64,000 bases of DNA from an uncultured Oscillospiraceae bacterium. Lineage in GTDB: Bacteria > Bacillota > Clostridia > Oscillospirales > Oscillospiraceae. Position 1 is the first letter of the stretch, and every line of letters starts with the position of its first letter. Below the pieces are notes generated by a model. The model saw only the letters and a program-made list of their open reading frames with translations, made no database searches and had not been told where the DNA came from. Positions 25,882 to 35,002 of the stretch are shown in pieces. The stretch covers positions 4,184 through 68,183 of the forward strand of contig CALXCQ010000114.1 in the NCBI GenBank assembly GCA_944386835.1. The letters are read 5' to 3'. A program made the position numbers and the translations under genes.

Positions 25882-26361
25882 TTACGGCTTTTCTGTATCC
25901 AGGTACTTTAAAAGCTGCGCAACTTGGGACTCACCAAAGACAAGTATTCCGTGTTCTTTCAGGCGCTGGGTTGCTACCCCATCTCCTTCACAAAGGGTCC
26001 CGGTAAAGCTACCGTCATAAATCTGACCGGAGCCACAAGCCGGGCTGCGTTCCTTCAGAATTGCCAAAGTGCACCCAAATAACCGGGCCAATGCCATCGT
26101 CTCCTGTGCGCCTTTTTCATAGGCTGCCGTGACATCCTGACCCAACTGGTTTTTCACGCCCTGTCCATTTCGCTCCGACGGACTCCTGGGTGTCGGCAAT
26201 CCGCCCAAAATTTCTGGACAAACCGGTATCAAATGATATGTTTTTCCCAGTTCCATGACCTGTGCATTGGGTTTTCGCCCGCCGTCATACCGGCAAGCTA
26301 CCCCCAAAAGGCAACTACTGACAAGGATTGCCGGTGGATGCGTCATAAATTTGTTCTCCAT
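25882..26361 (-). CDS. DUF523 (YbbK/TudS-like) protein
   Basis: ILVSSCLLGVACRYDGG, CPEILGGLPTPR and ERSPACG motifs. An alternative start at 26346 is possible. The gene overlaps the 3' end of the Nudix gene. Confidence 0.75.
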   Translation of the reverse strand: MENKFMTHPPAILVSSCLLGVACRYDGGRKPNAQVMELGKTYHLIPVCPEILGGLPTPRSPSERNGQGVKNQLGQDVTAAYEKGAQETMALARLFGCTLAILKERSPACGSGQIYDGSFTGTLCEGDGVATQRLKEHGILVFGESQVAQLLKYLDTEKP

Positions 26362-26842
26362 TCAGCCAGGCCCCCGTGAGGCTCTGTCCTTCATATTGCA
26401 GCTTCAAAGAAAAGAATGGGGCACCTTCTTGTAAAAGCCGGAGAAAAATTTTGTCTCCTTCCCATAAGTTCAGATGCAATAGCTGATCTTTGGCTACCCA
26501 CTCCAAGTCTCCTTCGTCACAGGTAATCAGTTCCCCATCAAAGCCAGTAGCCGTGAATAAGTGCATATACTCCGTTGGCCACTCATTAGAGACAAACGTC
26601 ACAATTCCACGGTACTGGTATTCTGTCAGCTTCAGCCCCGTCTCTTCTTTTGTTTCCCTTATAACACACTCTTCCGGGCTCTCCCCATCCCAAAACTTTC
26701 CGCCCACACCAATCCACTTATCCTGGTTGAGATCCTGTTGTTTTTTGACTCTGTGGAGCATGAGATAGCTTTCATTCTGTTCCACATAACACAACGTAGT
26801 ATTGTAGTAGGGAGAAACCATTTTCTCTTTCTGCATCCGCAT
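26315..26842 (-). CDS. NUDIX hydrolase (MutT-like)
   Basis: The Nudix box is GVGGKFWDGESPEECVIRETKEETGL. Confidence 0.85.
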   Translation of the reverse strand: MRMQKEKMVSPYYNTTLCYVEQNESYLMLHRVKKQQDLNQDKWIGVGGKFWDGESPEECVIRETKEETGLKLTEYQYRGIVTFVSNEWPTEYMHLFTATGFDGELITCDEGDLEWVAKDQLLHLNLWEGDKIFLRLLQEGAPFFSLKLQYEGQSLTGAWLNGEQIYDASTGNPCQ

Positions 26843-26851
26843 ACTGTTCCC

Positions 26852-27358
26852 TTATGCCTTTTTCAGTACCGTTACCACTTCTCCCATATACATCGTGTGG
26901 AAATCACCTGCGGTATATTTATCATGAATCCGCTGTTCCTGGAATCCGGCGGGGTCAAAGTTTTGGCTGCTCATCTTTTTACAAACCAGGACCATTTCTG
27001 CTTCCTCAAAGTAGGGAGCTCCCTCTTCCGTAAAGGCCAACGTAAACCCACATTCTTTAATTTTATCAATATCTCTGCCGCTTTTACTGCCGCATAAGCT
27101 CATCTGTGCCTTGTATTCCGGGCCGAAGAAGCTCAACGTATAGTAGTCGTTGGCATCCATAAACTGGTGGGTATACCGCTGCGGGCGGACATAGACGGTA
27201 CAAGCTGGAACTGCCCAAAGTGTTCCCAAGGAACCCCAGCTCACTGTCATAGTGTTGACGCCTTCCCGATTTCCCGCTGTAAGGAGCGGAGTTCCCTCCT
27301 CCATCAGTTTAAATATGTCCACATGTAATTCTTTGACCGGTACGCTTACCATTGCCAT
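26852..27358 (-). CDS. flavin reductase-like FMN-binding split-barrel protein
   Basis: LLTAGNREGVNTMTVSWGSLG is typical of the flavin reductase domain. The start was chosen at ATG 27358, which follows AAGGAGG; the longer ORF to 27568 has no support. Confidence 0.7.
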   Translation of the reverse strand: MAMVSVPVKELHVDIFKLMEEGTPLLTAGNREGVNTMTVSWGSLGTLWAVPACTVYVRPQRYTHQFMDANDYYTLSFFGPEYKAQMSLCGSKSGRDIDKIKECGFTLAFTEEGAPYFEEAEMVLVCKKMSSQNFDPAGFQEQRIHDKYTAGDFHTMYMGEVVTVLKKA

Positions 27359-27504
27359 TGTCAAATGCCTCCTTAAAAAGTTTTCTACGGCTAGCATAGT
27401 CCAACATTGCCAAAAAGTCAATCGATACACCGCAAGGCAGAAAACGGACAAAAATTTCCCTGGTATTTGCCTGGAACCTTGGCCATATGCATGTATCGGG
27501 AGTG

Positions 27505-28308
27505 ATGAAAATGCGATTAAAAACTTTTTTGAAACAAAATTTTCGCATACTATTATGTGTGTTCGCAATTGTTTTTCTCTTTACTGGTATCTCAGCATAT
27601 TTTTCCTATACGGCGATTCCCACCGGCTCCTGGGGTCTCAGTTTCCGGGACGAGGGAAAAGTGCCCATTGGCAATGCCTCCCAGGCTGCCCTTCGCCAAT
27701 ACGATGCTGTATATGTCGGTGATTCAGAAGAACCGGTCATCTATCTTACGTTTGACGCCGGTTATGAAAATGGTTACATGGAACAAATTCTGGATGTTCT
27801 GAAAAAGCACAATGCACCTGCTGCTTTCTTTGTAGTAGGCCATTACCTGGAACAAAACCCAGAGTTGGTTAAACGCATGGTCGAAGAAGGGCATATTGTA
27901 GGAAACCACACCTACCACCACTATGATATGTCCAAAATATCTGACTTGCAGTCTTTCTCCCAGGAGTTGGAATCTGTAGCGGAAAAATATCAGGAAATCA
28001 CCGGCGAAACTATGAAACCTTACTATCGTCCACCGCAAGGTGTCTATAGTGCAGATAATTTAAAAATGGCCCAATCTTTGGGATATCGAACCATTTTTTG
28101 GAGTCTTGCCTATGCAGACTGGTATCAGGATAACCAACCGTCCCAAGATCAGGCCTTTTCTAAACTAATTCCCAGGATACACAATGGCGCTATCGTACTG
28201 CTTCACTCTACCTCTTCCACTAACGCAGAAATTCTGGATTCCTTGCTCACCCAGTATGAGCAAATGGGATACCGTTTCGGCACTTTGGATGATTTATACG
28301 ACACATAA
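27505..28308 (+). CDS. polysaccharide deacetylase, PdaA-like (delta-lactam-biosynthetic de-N-acetylase family)
   Basis: An N-terminal TM helix or signal sequence. NodB motifs LTFDAGYENGY, FFVVGHYLEQNPELVKRMVEEGHIVGNHTYHH and LLH are present. Confidence 0.8.
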   Translation: MKMRLKTFLKQNFRILLCVFAIVFLFTGISAYFSYTAIPTGSWGLSFRDEGKVPIGNASQAALRQYDAVYVGDSEEPVIYLTFDAGYENGYMEQILDVLKKHNAPAAFFVVGHYLEQNPELVKRMVEEGHIVGNHTYHHYDMSKISDLQSFSQELESVAEKYQEITGETMKPYYRPPQGVYSADNLKMAQSLGYRTIFWSLAYADWYQDNQPSQDQAFSKLIPRIHNGAIVLLHSTSSTNAEILDSLLTQYEQMGYRFGTLDDLYDT

Positions 28309-28429
28309 CTCATTCCTTCCGATTCACCCAATATTCTTGTCAAATGCCAGCCAAAGGCTGGCATTTGACATTCCCGCTCTGGCCGTTTACAATGGAAATA
28401 TCTATGGTTTATTTACAAAAGAGGTAATT

Positions 28430-29545
28430 ATGAAAAAGTTTTGGATAATGCTTCTGGTCCTTTGTCTTTTGGTAAGTCTGGGTGGTTCTGTTTCCTCAGC
28501 ACCTGGGGATGAAAGCGATCCCGTCGTCAGTTTGAGTTATTTAGAGTCTGTTTTGCAACCCCAGCTGGAAACAGAATTTTCTGATTTAACCAACAAGGCC
28601 CTGAACAATACCTACCGGGAAAGTTTTCAAACGCTATGTCAAACGATTGGTTCATATAATCAAACAAATCAAATTGGGAATTCTTCCAACCAGTCCGGCA
28701 ACGGAATTTTGCTTTTGAAGCAAGACGATATGTTAACGCCTTTGGCTGGAACGAAAATCATGGTGCAATCAGGAACCATACTCGTCAACACGGACTGCCT
28801 GATTGATGTTACCAATGGTCAGCCAGTCCGCCAGGGAGACACACTAAAAAAGGGAATCCTTTACATGAGTGGGGATTTGACTTCAGGTGGGCTTAACGTC
28901 ACTTCAACTACTGCCGAAGTCTATGTATCCGGTGTCTACCAGCTTATGGCCAGTTCTCAAATCGATTATGGCTCCCTTGCTACCGCTTTGGACACCATGG
29001 GTTTATTCCAGGGAACAGGAACCTCCTACGATTTGGAATCTTCTGCCACGCGAGTTCAGGGACTGGTGATGTTCCTGCGGATTTTGGGAGAAGAAGAGCA
29101 AGCCCTTGCTTATACCGGCTCCCATCCTTTTACGGATATTCCCAAAAGCCACTGGGCGTATTCTTATGTGGCATACGCCTACCATAAAGGCTACACTACC
29201 GGTACCTCCGCCTCCCAATTCACGCCAAATGCCTCCATAACGGCCCAACAATATCTCACGTTTTTACTGCGTGCGCTGGGCTACCAGGAGGGAGCACAAT
29301 TCACATATGCTTCTGTTTTACAGGACTGCGCTACTTTAGGCGTCTTTTCTGCCTCGGAAGTAAACCGTATGAATGGTGGATCTTTTCTGCGGGCTAAAAT
29401 GGTCTATCTGTCCTATTATGGACTTTTTGGAGTTGACCAGGCTTCCCAAAAACTGCTTATGCAAAAATTAGTGGATTCCGGCGCAGTCTCCCAGGCAAAT
29501 TTGTATACGGGAATTTGCAAAGTCTGTGGCAGCCGGATCGCATAG
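28430..29545 (+). CDS. secreted SLH-domain protein
   Basis: A signal peptide, MKKFWIMLLVLCLLVSLGGSVSSAP. C-terminal SLH-like repeats include FTDIPKSHWAYSYVAYAYHKGYTTGTS..FTPNASITAQQYLTFLLRALGY. Confidence 0.7.
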   Translation: MKKFWIMLLVLCLLVSLGGSVSSAPGDESDPVVSLSYLESVLQPQLETEFSDLTNKALNNTYRESFQTLCQTIGSYNQTNQIGNSSNQSGNGILLLKQDDMLTPLAGTKIMVQSGTILVNTDCLIDVTNGQPVRQGDTLKKGILYMSGDLTSGGLNVTSTTAEVYVSGVYQLMASSQIDYGSLATALDTMGLFQGTGTSYDLESSATRVQGLVMFLRILGEEEQALAYTGSHPFTDIPKSHWAYSYVAYAYHKGYTTGTSASQFTPNASITAQQYLTFLLRALGYQEGAQFTYASVLQDCATLGVFSASEVNRMNGGSFLRAKMVYLSYYGLFGVDQASQKLLMQKLVDSGAVSQANLYTGICKVCGSRIA

Positions 29546-29689
29546 CCCTGTTTCCCTTCTTTCAAAAATTTTACTCTCCGTCGGCGCAGAGAAGTGGTAA
29601 TTTTTTCTCTCCCTATGCACCAAATGACCGGTTCTGAATAACATGGAATGAGCGGAAAGCGCTCCGAAATTTTTTCAGGAGGTTCGGTT

Positions 29690-29833
29690 ATGTCTTGTAA
29701 TTCTTCCGGTTTTTGTGCATTTGGTAACAGCTGGTGGTGGATCATTATCCTGATCATCATCATCGTCCTTTGGGGTGGCAACAACAATTGCGGTACTTGC
29801 AGTTGCGATAACAACTGCGGTTGCGGCTGCTAA
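29690..29833 (+). CDS. tiny Cys-rich transmembrane peptide, YjcZ-like (47 aa)
   Basis: The peptide is MSCNSSGFCAFGNSWWWIIILIIIIVLWGGNNNCGTCSCDNNCGCGC. GGAGG lies 7 nt before the ATG, and a strong terminator follows directly. Confidence 0.55.
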   Translation: MSCNSSGFCAFGNSWWWIIILIIIIVLWGGNNNCGTCSCDNNCGCGC

Positions 29834-29851
29834 TTGCCTTAGTCACATAAT

Positions 29852-29883
29852 AAAGCGGTGGAACCAATCGGTTCCACCGCTTT
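29852..29883. terminator. bidirectional rho-independent terminator
   Basis: The hairpin reads aaagcggtggaacc-aatc-ggttccaccgcttt. Confidence 0.75.
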
Positions 29884-29895
29884 ATCGTTTCTCCT

Positions 29896-32052
29896 TTATT
29901 TCACCACATGGTACAAACGGATTAACGTCATAATCGACTGTTCTCTTGTATAACTTCCGGTAGGACTAAATTTGTTGTTGCCAACGCCGCCCATAACCCG
30001 TTTACCATTGGTGGGATCTTGCAATGCAGACACAAATTTTACGCCATCGAGATACCAGCTTGGTACGCTGTTTAAGTCCGCAAAGTTTACGCTGGATGCG
30101 TTGGGCTCTTCCAACCCCACCACATTTGCCAGCCGTGACAGCATAGTAGCCGCCTCCTGGCGAGTAATGGTTTGGTTCGGGCGGAAGGTCCCTTCCCCAT
30201 ATCCATTTACAATACCCAGGGCATTGGCTGCCAATACGGCACTGTCAGCGGTATCTGTGAAAGTTGCACTGCTGGTTGCCACATTTTTTTGCTGTAAATA
30301 TTCAGAGATCGTTTGGCCGCTATAGGACTCTACAAAAGCTACAATCAGCTGGCAGAATTCTGCCCGCGTAATTGCCTTGTCATAGGCTCCCCGCAGACTT
30401 ACCGGAATCAGGCCCGCTTCCATTGCCGTCATAATCTCCGGTTTGTAGGAAGACTGGTCGCTGATAACGTCAAACATAGACTGATGTCCGCCGCCTAAAT
30501 AGTAGACGCTACTTCCTCCCAGGCCGTACCGGTTGACCATGGCAATTCTGTTCTTTACACCAGAAGCTGTCTCAAAATACACAATATGCTGATGACCGCT
30601 TTCGTCTACATAGGCAAAATGTGCACCGTCTTCTTCCGAATCCGTAATCAAGCTGCTACCATATTGAGACTGCAAACTCATAGCTTCTTCATAGGTAATA
30701 TCCTCAGCTTCCACTGCCGTCGTATCATAATCAATGGCAATGGAACCCATGCCCAGAAGAACTTTTTCCGGCTCCATGGCGGTAGCACAGTACCGCAGCA
30801 CCCGGCCAATGCGGACAATATTGCTCATATTCCCATAGGTTCTGCGGGAGGGATAGCTGGAATCGGGATAATCATCATACAAAATCACATGTACATAGTC
30901 CGAGACCTGACCAATGGTCTTGTAGTCATAGAAGCTGGCCGCTTCCTGCTCATCTGTGAAATATGCGCCCACTGTCGTCAACAACAATTTCCCCTGGCTG
31001 TGCAAAGCCTGAGACAGCTTTGTCAAAAGGCGGCTGTAGGAGGCACGCAGAGAAGCTCCGCCTGAGGTAATCTCAATTCCCATATTGACCCCGTCAAAAC
31101 CGTTATTCTGCACAGAGGAAACGACGGTACTCACAAAACTGTCCATTGCCGCATCGGATGACAGAATACTGGCCACCGAATCGTTGGAGAATCCTCCATA
31201 ACTATAGTTGATAATGCCGAGCAGGGCCAATTTCCCTGAGTCCTGACAATAGGACAGTACTTCATTGGTTTCCGGTTTTTCCAGATTGCACTGGAAAGTG
31301 CCGCCACTTTGCAAGTATCCGCAACCAACCGTGACCATGGTCACATCGTCTCCAGCTGCTTTTAAGTTGGCAATCTGGCTTGCAGTATCTTCCACATCCG
31401 CCACATAGTAAACATTGGTTTCTTTCATATGGGTCGTATCTGCCGCCTTTGCAGCCTTACTGGTGACACTCCCTGTGGGGATTTCATACTTCAAGGCATC
31501 TTTTCGGGCAATTTTTGCAGAAACGTTCATCCCCGGAGTGTAGGAAATCAGCCCATGATCTACTGCCACACTTAAATACAGAATATCGTCTGGGGAAAGT
31601 CCGTCTGTGCCGGTAAAGCTGTAAAGATTATTGGAATTGTAGCTGTACTTTCCCTTAGCGCGGCTTAAAAACTGTGCTGCAAAAGCCACTGTGACCGGCT
31701 GTGTCCACGAAATCTTACTGGGCGTTATCGTCCCCTTTTCCACTTCTGCCTGGACATATTTGGCACACCAAGCAGATGGCTGCTTCCCATTCTTGTCCGT
31801 AGCCGGCGTGTTGCTGGAGCCATCACCGTAGTAGGAATAGGCATAAATAATGGCTATAAATTCCTCCACTGTCATATTGGCACTGGGGTTATTCTGTAAA
31901 TTAAAATGGGAATCCGAATATTTTTTCAAAAAATATTCCATATTCCAGTTGGCTGCCGAGGCTGGCGTCGTCAATGCAGGAATCAACCCCAATAACAAAC
32001 TCACAACCAAGAGCCAACAACCAATTTGTTTTCCAAGAGAACTTGTTTTCAT
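29896..32052 (-). CDS. secreted GH18-like (chitinase-fold) protein with C-terminal SLH domains
   Basis: A signal peptide ending PASAANW. The GH18 core has FDGVNMGIE in place of FDGxDxDxE, and later YVHVILYDDY. The C-terminal SLH repeats include FTDTADSAVLAANALGIVNGYGEGTFRPNQTITRQEAATML. Confidence 0.75.
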   Translation of the reverse strand: MKTSSLGKQIGCWLLVVSLLLGLIPALTTPASAANWNMEYFLKKYSDSHFNLQNNPSANMTVEEFIAIIYAYSYYGDGSSNTPATDKNGKQPSAWCAKYVQAEVEKGTITPSKISWTQPVTVAFAAQFLSRAKGKYSYNSNNLYSFTGTDGLSPDDILYLSVAVDHGLISYTPGMNVSAKIARKDALKYEIPTGSVTSKAAKAADTTHMKETNVYYVADVEDTASQIANLKAAGDDVTMVTVGCGYLQSGGTFQCNLEKPETNEVLSYCQDSGKLALLGIINYSYGGFSNDSVASILSSDAAMDSFVSTVVSSVQNNGFDGVNMGIEITSGGASLRASYSRLLTKLSQALHSQGKLLLTTVGAYFTDEQEAASFYDYKTIGQVSDYVHVILYDDYPDSSYPSRRTYGNMSNIVRIGRVLRYCATAMEPEKVLLGMGSIAIDYDTTAVEAEDITYEEAMSLQSQYGSSLITDSEEDGAHFAYVDESGHQHIVYFETASGVKNRIAMVNRYGLGGSSVYYLGGGHQSMFDVISDQSSYKPEIMTAMEAGLIPVSLRGAYDKAITRAEFCQLIVAFVESYSGQTISEYLQQKNVATSSATFTDTADSAVLAANALGIVNGYGEGTFRPNQTITRQEAATMLSRLANVVGLEEPNASSVNFADLNSVPSWYLDGVKFVSALQDPTNGKRVMGGVGNNKFSPTGSYTREQSIMTLIRLYHVVK

Positions 32053-32181
32053 CAAGCTCCCCTCCTTTCTCATCTCTGACAATTATTATGCAAAGATTCC
32101 CATACTGTGTCAAGAATGCTTTGTGCATTGCTTGACAAAACCTCTGCTGCTTTTTACCATAGTTTAAATGGAGGCGGTTTT

Positions 32182-32964
32182 ATGCGGGTTGTTGTATTAC
32201 TGGAGAATACGGCTTCTTCCTCTGCAATGCGTATCTGTCACGGGCTGAGTCTTTATATTGAAACCGGCGGCATCTCCTTTTTGCTGGATATGGGGCCAAA
32301 CGCCATGTTTGCACAAAACGCCCAAAGTTTGGGGGTTGATCTGTCCCAGGTGCGTTTTGCCGTTGTCTCCCACGGACACTATGACCATGGTGGCGGTGTG
32401 GACGTATTTCTCCGGCGCAATGGACAAGCACCGGTCTATATACGCCCTACTACTTTTGCACCTCACAACTATCTTGGTAAACCAGTCGGTCTGCGCAGTA
32501 CTTTGAAAACCCATAAACGTTTTTGTATCGCCCAGTCTGTGCAGGAATTAACCCCGAACGCGCTTTTGTTTTCACAGGTTGCTCCGGACTGTCTGTGCCC
32601 ACCGGACTTTTCCCTCTTTCAGGAAGCCTCTCAGCCGGATCTATTCCATCACGAACATAATCTTTTGCTGACCGAAAGAAACACGCTTTTCCTGTTCGCC
32701 GGTTGTGCCCACTGCGGAATTACAGCAATTGTAAACCGTGCCAGCCAACTGGCCGGGAAAATGCCTGACTATGTCTTTTCCGGATTTCATCTCGCCAACT
32801 GTCAGGATCCTGCTTATTTGACCCGTATCGCCAATGCGCTTATCTCCACGGGGGCTCAGTTTTATACCGGTCACTGCACTGGCCCACTTGCCTATGCTCA
32901 CTTACAACAGTATCTGGGAACCCAGCTGCTCCCTATGACTGCCGGAATGGATCTTCTGATATAA
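32182..32964 (+). CDS. MBL-fold metallo-hydrolase
   Basis: The HxHxDH motif (VVSHGHYDHGGG) and a later GCAHCG. GGAGG precedes ATG 32182. Confidence 0.8.
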   Translation: MRVVVLLENTASSSAMRICHGLSLYIETGGISFLLDMGPNAMFAQNAQSLGVDLSQVRFAVVSHGHYDHGGGVDVFLRRNGQAPVYIRPTTFAPHNYLGKPVGLRSTLKTHKRFCIAQSVQELTPNALLFSQVAPDCLCPPDFSLFQEASQPDLFHHEHNLLLTERNTLFLFAGCAHCGITAIVNRASQLAGKMPDYVFSGFHLANCQDPAYLTRIANALISTGAQFYTGHCTGPLAYAHLQQYLGTQLLPMTAGMDLLI

Positions 32965-33249
32965 TTCCAAGCTCCTGGTACCCGACTGATTCTCTTTTCC
33001 GTCTATCCCCGCAAGTTTCAAATGACAAGTTTCCTTGATATGGTCACGTTTTCCCTGAAGCAGACCTCCTTAGCCATTATTTTGTCTTTTACCACTGCCT
33101 ATTTGGCAAGTATCTTTATACACAGTTTTCTATCGGATAGAATTGCAAAAGAGATTTTAGAACCAGAAGCGCCCTGGGTCTTTTTTGCCTCCTATGCTTT
33201 CCGGTTCCCAGGTATTGGGTTTTTGTCAATACAAAAGGTAATCTAATAA

Positions 33250-33293
33250 AATAAGGTCTGTATCGGGACAGAAGTCTCCATACAGACCTTATT
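33250..33293. terminator. bidirectional hairpin terminator
   Basis: A 14-bp stem, aataaggtctgtat/atacagaccttatt, with a 16-nt loop. Confidence 0.6.
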
Positions 33294-33300
33294 TGCTTTT

Positions 33301-34668
33301 CTATGCGCCCCGCTCTTCCAAAGGCACGTATGGCAGATTCCTTTCTACAGCTCTGTAGGCCGGCCGTATAATCCGACTGGCTGTCGTCAGCTCCTCTATC
33401 CTATGGGCACACCAACCAGTCAGGCGGGCAATAACAAACAGAGGTGTAAAAAGTTCCTGAGGAATTTGCAGCATTTGATAAACCAGCCCGGAATACATGT
33501 CCACGTTCGCACAAACGGGAAGTGATCTTCTTCTGGATTCCATAACTAGTTCAGAACCAATCCGCTCAATTCCTTCCATCAGTTCCAAATCGGCCAGCAT
33601 TCCGTTCTTTTGCGCCAAAGTCCGGGCATATTCTTTGACAATCACTGCCCGTGGGTCTGATACGGTGTACACCGCGTGCCCAAGCCCGTAAATTACGCCG
33701 CTTCCATCTCCCGCTTCTCCTCGCAAGATTTTTTGCAGGTAGCAACGAAGCTGATCGTCATTCCATGGGTCCTTGACATTGGCTTTTACGCCTTCAAACA
33801 TCTCCATGACTTTTTTATTGGCGCCTCCGTGTAGCGGACCTTTCAAAGACCCAATGGCTGCAGATATGGCACTATACGTGTCAGCTCCTGTGGAGGAGAC
33901 AACCCGGCAGGCAAATGCTGAGTTGTTTCCTCCTCCGTGTTCGGCATGGAGCATCAGCATCATGTCCAGAAGTTTTGCCTCTTCGTCGGTATAACATTTG
34001 TCACGCCGCAAAACCCGTAAAAAATTCTGCGCAGTAGACAATCCACCCTTAGGATTGTGAATGTACATGGACTTGCCATCAATGTTATGACGCTTTACCG
34101 AATAGGCATTGGCCACAATCACTGGTACGCGAGCCAGAAGTTCAATGGACTGCCGCATGACATTTTCCAAAGAAGTATCATCCGGGTTTTTATCATAGGC
34201 ATAGAGTCCCAGAACACTCCGCGCCAGCATATTCATCACAGACGAACTGGGTGCCCGTAAAATTACATCTTCAAAAAATCCCCCGGGCAAGCGACTGGTC
34301 TGAGACAACACTTCCTGAAATACTGCCAATTGTGCTTTCGTCGGCAGTTTCCCGAACAGCAACAAATAGGCAACCTCTTCAAACCCAAAAGTATCCTTTT
34401 GCCTGTGGGATTTGACAATCTCACTCATATTGATGCCCCGATAGTAAAGCCGACCATCTGTTGGTACCCGAGCGCCATCTTCCATATAGTATCCCTGGAC
34501 ACTGCCGATTCGGGTTATACCCGCCACAACGCCGGTCCCATCCGAATTGCGAAGTCCTCGTTTTACGTTCTGATCCAAAAATAGCTCTGCCGGAATAGTA
34601 TACTCCTCTCTGGCATGCTTGCACAATTCGTCAATCGCATTCCGTAAATCCAGTTCCACATAGTTCAT
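33301..34668 (-). CDS. citrate (Si)-synthase family protein
   Basis: Length of 455 aa, with citrate synthase motifs LMLHAEHGGGNNS, GPLHGGAN and GLGHAVY. Confidence 0.9.
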   Translation of the reverse strand: MNYVELDLRNAIDELCKHAREEYTIPAELFLDQNVKRGLRNSDGTGVVAGITRIGSVQGYYMEDGARVPTDGRLYYRGINMSEIVKSHRQKDTFGFEEVAYLLLFGKLPTKAQLAVFQEVLSQTSRLPGGFFEDVILRAPSSSVMNMLARSVLGLYAYDKNPDDTSLENVMRQSIELLARVPVIVANAYSVKRHNIDGKSMYIHNPKGGLSTAQNFLRVLRRDKCYTDEEAKLLDMMLMLHAEHGGGNNSAFACRVVSSTGADTYSAISAAIGSLKGPLHGGANKKVMEMFEGVKANVKDPWNDDQLRCYLQKILRGEAGDGSGVIYGLGHAVYTVSDPRAVIVKEYARTLAQKNGMLADLELMEGIERIGSELVMESRRRSLPVCANVDMYSGLVYQMLQIPQELFTPLFVIARLTGWCAHRIEELTTASRIIRPAYRAVERNLPYVPLEERGA

Positions 34669-34785
34669 GGTTCCTCAGGCCTCCTTTGCGCGTTAAAGCG
34701 ATTATAGCAGCCGCATTGTAATTTTGCAAGATTTTTTTAAGATTTTGCATTTTACATATTTTATTTCGTATTTTTTACTTAGTTT

Positions 34786-34816
34786 TTGTAAAAAATGAAT
34801 TATTTCATTTTTACAA
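34786..34816. promoter_or_regulatory. 13/14-bp inverted repeat in the divergent citrate synthase / aconitase control region
   Basis: The repeat reads TTGTAAAAAATGAA-tta-TTCATTTTTACAA and sits in a very AT-rich 330-bp intergenic region. Confidence 0.4.
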
Positions 34817-35002
34817 TTTCATTTTTTGGTCTTTGGCTCTTGTAAACCTCCCCAGAACATGTTATAGTGTCGATATATACTACGAAATGCCACATTGGAG
34901 AGGAGATTCCCCATGATTACCTTATTGGCCACAGGCGCCATTCTCCGGGGAGGGGTCCCGGTAACAGAACCTGGCGAAAACTCGTCAGGAAGGCAAAAAA
35001 CC

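Noticed and set aside
26315-26361. 32-47 nt overlap between the Nudix and DUF523 genes as a possible frameshift or fusion
   Set aside because: Both proteins look complete with their own family motifs. The overlap length depends on which DUF523 start is used. It is an ordinary overlapping gene pair.
33022-33246. 74-aa ORF after the MBL hydrolase gene
   Set aside because: No Shine-Dalgarno lies upstream of the ATG and no family is recognised. It could be a small membrane protein, but I cannot support it from sequence alone.
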